64,000 bases of DNA, taken from assembly GCA_963803435.1 (NCBI GenBank), contig CAWDML010000007.1:256001-320000 (forward strand), read 5' to 3'. The notes beneath the pieces were generated by a model. That model searched no databases. It saw only the letters and a program-made list of their open reading frames with translations, and was not told the DNA's origin. Below, piece by piece: positions 37,563 through 44,615 of the stretch. Origin of the DNA: an uncultured delta proteobacterium (GTDB lineage Bacteria > Myxococcota > Kuafuiibacteriia > Kuafuiibacteriales > Kuafuiibacteriaceae). The translations under genes were made by a program, and so were the position numbers. The number at the start of each line of letters is the position of its first letter. Positions within the stretch are counted from its first letter, which is position 1.

Positions 37563-38974
37563 CCAAACGAGTCTTGATCGTCGATGACGACCGAAACCTA
37601 TGCGAGACCCTGCAAGCTGCCTTGCAGAAGCGATCCTTTGAGGTCGCCTGGCGGACCAACGCCGTTCAGGCGCTGGAGGCGGTGCAGGAGCAAGAGTTCG
37701 ACTGCGTCCTCACCGATCTCAAGCTTGGAGAGGACAACGGACTCACGGTCTGTGAGCGCATCGTGGCCAATCGACCCAACACGCCGGTCATCGTGATCAC
37801 GGCCTACGGCAGCATGGAGTCTGCGGTCGGCGCCCTTCGCGTCGGGGCGCACGACTACATCACCAAGCCGGTCGACATCGCGGCGCTCGGAATGACCGTC
37901 GAGCGTGCGATCCAGCACCGCGAGCTTCGTGAAGAGGTCCGGCGCCTCCGCCAGGAGGTCCAGCGTTTCCGGGGTGACGAGCGGCTGATCGGCCAGAGCA
38001 CGTCGATGAAGCATGTCTTCGAGATGATCACTCGGGTGAGCCCCAGCGAAGCGACGGCGCTGATCATGGGCGACAGCGGCACCGGCAAGGAGCTGGTGGC
38101 GCGGGCGATCCACGAGGAGAGCGAACGACGGAACGGCCCGTTCGTCGCCATCAACTGCGCGGCCGTGCCCCCGACCCTCCTCGAGAGCGAGCTGTTCGGA
38201 CACGTGCGCGGCGCCTTCACCGACGCCAAGCGCGGCCGCGACGGCCTGTTCGTGCAGGCCACCGGGGGAACGCTCTTCCTCGACGAGATCGGCGAGCTCC
38301 CGCTCGAGATGCAGCCGAAGCTGCTGCGTGCGATCCAGGAGCGAAAGGTCCGCCCGGTCGGCGGCAACACCGAGGTCCCGATCGACGTTCGCATCATCGC
38401 CGCGACCAATCGCGACCTCGAGGCGGACGTGAACGAGGGGCGCTTCCGCGAGGATCTCTTCTACCGCATCAACGTGGTCACGATCGCGGTGCCTCCGCTC
38501 CGCAACCGTGACAACGATGTGCTCCTGCTGGCGCAGCGCTTCATCGACGACTGCAGCTCCCGCGTCGGCAAGAAGGTCGTCGGCCTCTCGTCGGCCGCTG
38601 CCAAGCGCCTCCTCGACTACGACTGGCCCGGCAACGTCCGCGAGCTGGAGAACTGCATGGAGCGCGCAGTCACGCTCACGACGTTCGACCGGATCACCCT
38701 CGACGATCTCCCCGAGAAGATCAGGAGCTACGAGAGCTCGCGCCTGGTCATCCCGGACGAGGATCCGGCGACGATGCCCACGATCGAGGAGCTCGAGCGC
38801 AGCTACGTCCACCAGGTGCTCAAGGCTGTCGGGGGCAACAAGACCCACGCCGCCCAGGTGCTCGGCGTCGATCGCCGGACCCTGTATCGCAAGCTGGAGA
38901 AGTACGCCTCGAAGAAGGAGAACGGCGTGCCGGCCAAGCGCGCCCCCAGCTGGAGCCGCGCCATCGCCAGCTGA
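37559..38974 (+). CDS. NtrC-family sigma54-dependent response regulator
   Basis: Receiver (LIVDDD, LTDL), GDSGTGKE, GAFTDA, FLDEIG, WPGNVREL, Fis-type HTH. Confidence 0.95.
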   Translation: MTKRVLIVDDDRNLCETLQAALQKRSFEVAWRTNAVQALEAVQEQEFDCVLTDLKLGEDNGLTVCERIVANRPNTPVIVITAYGSMESAVGALRVGAHDYITKPVDIAALGMTVERAIQHRELREEVRRLRQEVQRFRGDERLIGQSTSMKHVFEMITRVSPSEATALIMGDSGTGKELVARAIHEESERRNGPFVAINCAAVPPTLLESELFGHVRGAFTDAKRGRDGLFVQATGGTLFLDEIGELPLEMQPKLLRAIQERKVRPVGGNTEVPIDVRIIAATNRDLEADVNEGRFREDLFYRINVVTIAVPPLRNRDNDVLLLAQRFIDDCSSRVGKKVVGLSSAAAKRLLDYDWPGNVRELENCMERAVTLTTFDRITLDDLPEKIRSYESSRLVIPDEDPATMPTIEELERSYVHQVLKAVGGNKTHAAQVLGVDRRTLYRKLEKYASKKENGVPAKRAPSWSRAIAS

Positions 38975-38979
38975 CGCCG

Positions 38980-39819
38980 TCACTCGCCCAGCCGCGCCTT
39001 CAGCACGTCGATCAGATCGACGATCTGCGCCGACTCCGGAGCTTCTCCGCGGGGGACGCGGCCCACCGCCTGGCCAGCCTCGGCCTTCGACTCGACCAGG
39101 GCCTCGAGACGCTCGTCGTCCTCGTCCACCATCAGGTCCTCGGGGAGCGCGTCGACCGTCAGCGTCTCCACGGCGCGGGTCATCTTGCGGAGCGCGGCAG
39201 CGTCCAGGTCCTCGTCGTCGGCCGGCGAGAGACCGACCGTCTCCGGCGTCCTCAGGTCTTCCTGGAAGCGGAGGGTCTGGGCGCGGAGGATCCCGTTCTC
39301 GGACATGATCGCCACCAGGTGCGGGCGCCCGCGCATGATGAAGGTGCCGACGCCGATGCGATCGGTCTCCTCCATGACCTCGGCGAGCAGGCGGTACGGG
39401 CGCACCGTATCGCCCTCCGGGGCCAGAAAGTAGCTGCGGTCGAAGTACCTCGGATCGAGCTGGCTGCGCTCGACGAAGCGCTCGAGCTCAATCTCGCGGG
39501 ACTTCTTCGGCTCGACCTGCGCCAGCGCCTCGTCGGACACCACCACGAACTCGCCGGGCGCGCGCTCGAAGCCCCGAACAATCTCGTCGCTGTCGAGGAG
39601 CCGGTTCTCCTCGGGACAAAGGTAGCGTCGCTGGAGCAGGTGGCCGGCCTCGGTCGTCATCCGCATCCGCACACCCGCGGTCCGCGAGGCGGAGTAGAGC
39701 CCCACGGGGACGCTGACGAGACCGAACGTGATCATGCCCGACCAGAACGGTCGGGGCGTCCTCGGCTCCTCCTCCAGCGTCTCGGGCTCAGGCGCTCTTC
39801 TTCTTGCTCTTCTGGCCAC
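38980..39819 (-). CDS. ku: NHEJ Ku protein (copy 2)
   Basis: FWSGMITFGLVSVPVGLYSA, YFDRSYFLAP, YRLLAEVM, VDLIDVLK. Confidence 0.92.
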   Translation of the reverse strand: MARRARRRAPEPETLEEEPRTPRPFWSGMITFGLVSVPVGLYSASRTAGVRMRMTTEAGHLLQRRYLCPEENRLLDSDEIVRGFERAPGEFVVVSDEALAQVEPKKSREIELERFVERSQLDPRYFDRSYFLAPEGDTVRPYRLLAEVMEETDRIGVGTFIMRGRPHLVAIMSENGILRAQTLRFQEDLRTPETVGLSPADDEDLDAAALRKMTRAVETLTVDALPEDLMVDEDDERLEALVESKAEAGQAVGRVPRGEAPESAQIVDLIDVLKARLGE

Positions 39820-40595
39820 GTGTCCTCCGCTTTGGGAGCGCGAGGCTCTTCGAGAGCAGAATCCTCGAGCGAACCCGTCTTCGCGGCCGAGCGGCGCTCG
39901 CCGCGGCGCACGGTGTGGTCCTCGGCGCGCCGGGCGACGAGCTCGAGGAGATCTTCGGTATAGGTGTCGGGGAAGGCGCCCGGATCGAAGGGCGCCTCCA
40001 GGGACCCTACCAGCTGGCGGGCCAGATCGAGCTCCTTCTTCTTGGCGGCTCGACCGGTGGGGACCGGCAGCTCCCTGGCCGGCATGACCTCGGCCGCGGA
40101 CCGCAGCGTGCTCACCGCGAGATACTTACCGTCCGAGGTCACCGCGCCGAGATAGTGCTTCTTCCGCATGACCCAGCGGGCGATCCCGGCGAGGCGCTTC
40201 TTGGCCAGCACCGTGGTCAGGAGCGCGTGAGCGGAGGTGCGGCCGTCCGGTGCGAGATAGTAGGGGCGCTCGAAGTAGGAGGGCTCGATCGCGCTCTCGT
40301 GCACGAAGCAGGTGATCTCAATCTCCCGCCTCGGCGGCGGCGCGATCTCCTCCAGGTCCCGTGCGGTGACCTCGACCAGGGTCCCGTCCGGGAGCACCGC
40401 CGCTCTATGGACCTGATCGGTGGGGACAATCTCGTCCTCCTCGGGGTCGAACCAACGCTGCTCCACCGGAGCACCGTCCTCGCGGTGCAGCAACCGGAAG
40501 TGAACACCGCGCCGCTCCACGGCGGAGTGGAGGCGAACGGGCACCTCCCACTCGCCGAATCGGATCACGCCCTTCCAGATCGCACGCGTCGCCAT
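39788..40595 (-). CDS. ku: NHEJ Ku protein (copy 1; apparent +1 frameshift at 39859-39863)
   Basis: MATRAIWKGVIRFG..VPVRLHSA, YFERPYYLAP, FDPGAFPDTY. Removing one T from GAGGATTCTG gives a Ku-like tail SLEDLLSKSL...KSKKKSA*. Confidence 0.9.
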
Positions 40596-40789
40596 TGCGT
40601 CGTGGGCGTCAGCAGCTCGCAGGCCGGGCAGCGCTCCCGGTGGCCAGGCCCCTCTTTGACACAGCAGGGGCACACTCGGCGCCCGCAATCGCCGCAGAGA
40701 TGGCGAACTCCGACCGAGTACTTCTGCGAGCAGAACTCACAGACCTCGCGCCCGTCGCACAACCAAACCATGGTATCGACCTGCTCCAC
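40565..40789 (-). CDS. Small Cys-rich FYVE-like zinc-finger protein
   Basis: RBS GGAGGAG before GTG 40789; CEFC, CGDC, CPCC, CPAC. Confidence 0.7.
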   Translation of the reverse strand: MEQVDTMVWLCDGREVCEFCSQKYSVGVRHLCGDCGRRVCPCCVKEGPGHRERCPACELLTPTTQWRRVRSGRA

Positions 40790-40820
40790 TGACGCCGCTC
40801 CTCCAACCAGAAAGAACGTC

Positions 40821-40836
40821 CGCACGATCCACGCCA
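40821..40836 (-). promoter_or_regulatory. sigma54 -24/-12 element
   Basis: TGGCGTGGATCGTGCG; C 33 nt before GTG 40789. Confidence 0.6.
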
Positions 40837-40899
40837 AGCAGCGCCGCCCGCGAGCGGTCCCCTCGGCCGTGCCCGCGCGCCACGACGTGCCGTCGGCGC

Positions 40900-41259
40900 T
40901 CACATCGCCCGGTCGAGGTTCCCGAGCAGTCGCGAGGCCAGGAGGTCGCTGTCATCCCGCGCCGGCAAGCGCAGCACGCGTGCGGCTGGAAACCTCTCGT
41001 GGACAATCGCCTCGCTCTCGCCGTGGCTCGCGAAGGTGTCTCCCAAGATCACGAGGTCCGGGGGCAATCGGAGCTGTTCCAGGCCATCCAGCGTCTCCGC
41101 GAACCGCCGCCAGCTAGCCACGACGTGGACATCCGTCGCGACACAGCGACAGGCACGCTCGAGCGTGCTCCGTCCGACAGGGTGCGCTTCGGCGATGAGA
41201 ATTCGGGCGCTCCGTGGATGACGTGCGAGATCCCGGTGCGCAATGCGCGGCTCCGACAC
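40900..41259 (-). CDS. Degenerate stand-alone receiver-domain protein
   Basis: RBS AGGAGG, TTG start; ARILIAE, PPDLVILG. Confidence 0.65.
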   Translation of the reverse strand: MSEPRIAHRDLARHPRSARILIAEAHPVGRSTLERACRCVATDVHVVASWRRFAETLDGLEQLRLPPDLVILGDTFASHGESEAIVHERFPAARVLRLPARDDSDLLASRLLGNLDRAM

Positions 41260-41285
41260 AACTCGTTCCTCCTACTCGTGACGAC

Positions 41286-41301
41286 TGCAACGTGCGTTCC
41301 C
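41286..41301 (-). promoter_or_regulatory. sigma54 -24/-12 element
   Basis: GGGAACGCACGTTGCA; C 28 nt before TTG 41259. Confidence 0.75.
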
Positions 41302-41312
41302 CGAGGAACGGC

Positions 41313-41328
41313 TGGCATCCCGGCTGCA
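41313..41328 (+). promoter_or_regulatory. sigma54 -24/-12 element
   Basis: TGGCATCCCGGCTGCA; C 56 nt before ATG 41383. Confidence 0.7.
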
Positions 41329-41382
41329 GCAGCAGAGATGGCAGCCCGACATCAGAAGATTCGGGCCGAGAAGGAGTAGATC

Positions 41383-41868
41383 ATGAAGTTGAAGACACTG
41401 TCGGCCCTGCTGATGAGCGCGAGCCTGTCGGCGTTCGTCATCTCTTGCGACGAGTACGGGAAGAAGAACGAGAACGCACCCGGCACGGCCACCGATCAGT
41501 ATGGCCAGCGTCCCGCGACGCCGACGAACCCGAGCGTGGGGCAGACGCCCACCGAGCGCGCGGACGAGCAGAACAAGGGGATGGAGCAGGCGACGAATGT
41601 GAGGACGGATCTGGAGAAACGTGTCTCCGATCTGGAGCAGCAGTGGAACAAGGTCGAGGCCCAGTACCAGCAGCGGGCTGATCTCAAGACCGAGTATCAG
41701 ACGATGAGCAAGGACATCCCGCAGCAGATCCAGAACGTGAAGTCCGAGATCCAGCAGATCGATCAGGAGGGGACCGAGCAGAGCTCTGAGGCTGCCAAGG
41801 AGCGAATCGGCAAACAGCTCGACGATCTGGAGCAGCGCCTCGATCAGGCGCAGGAGCGCTTGAGCTGA
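41383..41868 (+). CDS. Hydrophilic coiled-coil lipoprotein
   Basis: RBS AAGGAG; VISC lipobox; Q/E/K-rich helices. Confidence 0.8.
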   Translation: MKLKTLSALLMSASLSAFVISCDEYGKKNENAPGTATDQYGQRPATPTNPSVGQTPTERADEQNKGMEQATNVRTDLEKRVSDLEQQWNKVEAQYQQRADLKTEYQTMSKDIPQQIQNVKSEIQQIDQEGTEQSSEAAKERIGKQLDDLEQRLDQAQERLS

Positions 41869-41977
41869 CCAGCGCTCGGAGCGGCTCGGCGAGGTCGGGG
41901 TACGCTCCGGCCTCGCGCGAGCGACGCCCCGGGGCGCCGCGCCTCGCGACCCCGGGGCCAGACGGCCCACACGCTGA

Positions 41978-41993
41978 CGGAACGCGGATTGCT
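41978..41993 (+). promoter_or_regulatory. sigma54 -24/-12 element
   Basis: CGGAACGCGGATTGCT; C 14 nt before ATG 42006. Confidence 0.75.
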
Positions 41994-42005
41994 CTCTCGA
42001 GATCC

Positions 42006-42839
42006 ATGCATCGATCGTCGATCGCCGCCATGCTCCTCTGCGGCTGCGCCACGTCCCCGACCGGCCGCCACCAGCTGGTGATGTTTCCCGAAGCGGAGAT
42101 GTCACAGATCGGCTCGCAAGCCTTCCAGCAGGTGAAGCAGGAGACGCCGCCGACACGCTCCGGTGCGGTTCAGGAGTACGCGCAGTGCATCGCGCGCCAG
42201 ATCCTCGCAGTGGCGCACGACTCCGATCCCGATCTCCTCCCGGCCGACCGATGGGACGTCGTCGTCTTCGATGACAACACGATCAATGCCTTCGCGCTGC
42301 CCGGGGGAAAGGTGGGCGTCTACCTGGGAATGGTGCGCTTCGCCGACAACCCGGACGAGCTCGCGGCGGTGATCGGCCACGAGGTCGGGCACGTGATGGC
42401 GCATCACGGCAACGAGCGTCTCTCCCAGGCGCTCGCCGCGCAGAGTGCGCTGGCCGTGATCGACCTGCTCACGAAGGACACGCCCACGTCCCGCCTCGCG
42501 CTGGCGGCGCTGGGGGTCGGCACGACCGTCGGGATCACGCTCCCGCACAGCCGGACCCAGGAGCGCGAGGCCGATCTGATCGGGCTGAAGCTGATGGCCC
42601 AGGCCGGCTTCGATCCCGACCAGGCCGTCCGCCTCTGGGAGAAGATGGCCACGAACAACCCCACCCAGGTGCCCCAATTCCTCTCCACGCACCCGGATCC
42701 CGACAGCCGCGCGCGCGAGCTTGCCGCCCACCTTCCCGAGGTGCGACAGGAGTACGCGAGCGCGCGGGGCCGCATGCACTGCGACAAGCCGAGCGTCCCC
42801 GCGGCGCTCGAGCACCCGGCGGTTCAAGGTCGGGGATGA
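42006..42839 (+). CDS. M48 family metallopeptidase lipoprotein (Oma1/LoiP-like)
   Basis: LCGCATSPTGRHQL, NAFALPGG, GHEVGH, EREAD, FLSTHP. Confidence 0.93.
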   Translation: MHRSSIAAMLLCGCATSPTGRHQLVMFPEAEMSQIGSQAFQQVKQETPPTRSGAVQEYAQCIARQILAVAHDSDPDLLPADRWDVVVFDDNTINAFALPGGKVGVYLGMVRFADNPDELAAVIGHEVGHVMAHHGNERLSQALAAQSALAVIDLLTKDTPTSRLALAALGVGTTVGITLPHSRTQEREADLIGLKLMAQAGFDPDQAVRLWEKMATNNPTQVPQFLSTHPDPDSRARELAAHLPEVRQEYASARGRMHCDKPSVPAALEHPAVQGRG

Positions 42840-44615
42840 AGCGCTTTCACACCATGCCGTTCGGCGCCGAGGTCGCAGGTGATCGGGTGCGGTTCGCGCT
42901 GTGGGCGCCCACCGCGTGTTCGGTCGAGCTGGAGCTCGACCAGCCGGGCGGATCGTTCCGCCGGGCGATGGCGGAGGAGGACGGCTGGTTTCGACTCACG
43001 CTCGAGGCGGCCGCCGGCGATCGATACGGCTTCCATGTCGGCGGCCAGGCCGTCCCGGATCCGGCCTCGCGGTGGCAGCCCGACGGCGTGCACGGCAAGA
43101 GCGCGGTGGTCGATCCCGCACAGCACGACTGGCGGGATCACACCTGGAGCGGGCGGCCCTGGCACGAGGCGGTCATCTGCGAGCTCCACGTCGGCACCTT
43201 CACCGCCGAGGGGACGTATCTGGGGGCGATCGATCGGCTCGATCACCTGGTCGAGACCGGAGTCACCGCGATCGAGCTGATGCCGCTCGCCCAGGCCCCC
43301 GGCGCGCGGAACTGGGGCTACGACGGCGTGAGCCTGTTCGCCCCCTCCTCCAACTATGGGACCCCGGGCGAGCTCAAGCGGCTGGTCGAGGCCGCCCACG
43401 CGCGCGGCCTGATGGTCCTGCTCGACGTCGTCTACAACCACTTCGGGCCCGAGGGAAACTATCTGCACCTCTATGCGGAGGCCTTCTTCAATCCCGCGCA
43501 CCACACACCGTGGGGCTCGGGGATCAACTTCGACAGCGAGCACTCCGAGGTCGTGCGAGACTTCTATCTCCAGAACGCGCTGTACTGGTTGAGCGAGTAC
43601 CACTTCGATGGGCTCAGGCTCGACGCCGTCGATCAGATCGCCGACGACTCGCAGCCTCACTTCCTCGAGGAGCTCGCCGATCGAATTCGCGCCTCGATCG
43701 ATCGAGACGTCCATCTGGTCCTGGAGAACGACCGCAACGATCCAGCGCTCCTCGAGCGCACGCTGCGCCGGCCGCGCCGATACACGGCTCAGTGGAACGA
43801 CGACTTCCATCACGCCTGCCACGCCCTGACGACCGGCGAGGGCGACGGCTACTACCGAGACTACCTGCCGCGCCCGATCGAGCACCTCGCCCGCTGCCTC
43901 GCCGAGGGCTTCGCGTATCAAGGCGAGCGTTCGCTGCATCGAGGCGGGCGCGAGCGCGGCGCACGTTCGGGCACGCTTCCGCCCACGGCGTTCGTCGCGT
44001 TCGTGCAGAACCACGATCAGATCGGCAACCGCGCGCGCGGCGAGCGCCTGGCGCACCTCGTCCCCCGCCCGCGGGCCGAGGCGGCGGTGGCCGTGGCGCT
44101 GTTGTCCCCGCAGATCCCGCTCGTCTTCATGGGCGACGACTGGGGCGCCTCGACGCCGTTCCTCTTCTTCTGCGACTTCGAGCCCGACCTCGCGAAGGCG
44201 GTGCGCGAGGGCAGGCGTCGCGAGTTCGGCGCATTCGGCGGGTTCGGCGGCGAGCTCCCTGATCCGCTGTCAGAACGTACGCTAGAGGCGAGCGTCCTCC
44301 GCTGGGAGGAGCGCGCGGAGCCGGAGCACCAGGCCTGGCTGGAGCTGTTCCGCCGCCTGCTGTCGGTCCGGCGCCGGCAGGTGGTGCCGCTGATCGCCTC
44401 CGGCCGGATTCGAGCCGGGACGCGCCCGTCCGATCGGAGACGCGGCCGTCGACGCGAGCTGGCGCTTCGCCGAGGGCGAGCTGCGCATGGTGGCCAACCT
44501 GGGCGATGGACCGGTCCGGGTCGAAGCCGGCGCCGCGCTGGCGCAGGTCTACCCGGACAACCGAGTGGAGGGCGAGCTCCCGGGATGGACCGTGGCCTTG
44601 TGGAGGTCGGCTTGA
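42836..44615 (+). CDS. treZ: Malto-oligosyltrehalose trehalohydrolase (apparent +1 frameshift at 44407-44411)
   Basis: FALWAP, PDPASRWQPDGVHG, ELHVGTFT, NWGYDG, DGLRLDAV, QNHDQIGNR. Removing one T from CGGATTCGAG restores the C-terminal beta domain and a TGA at 44613-44615. Confidence 0.92.
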
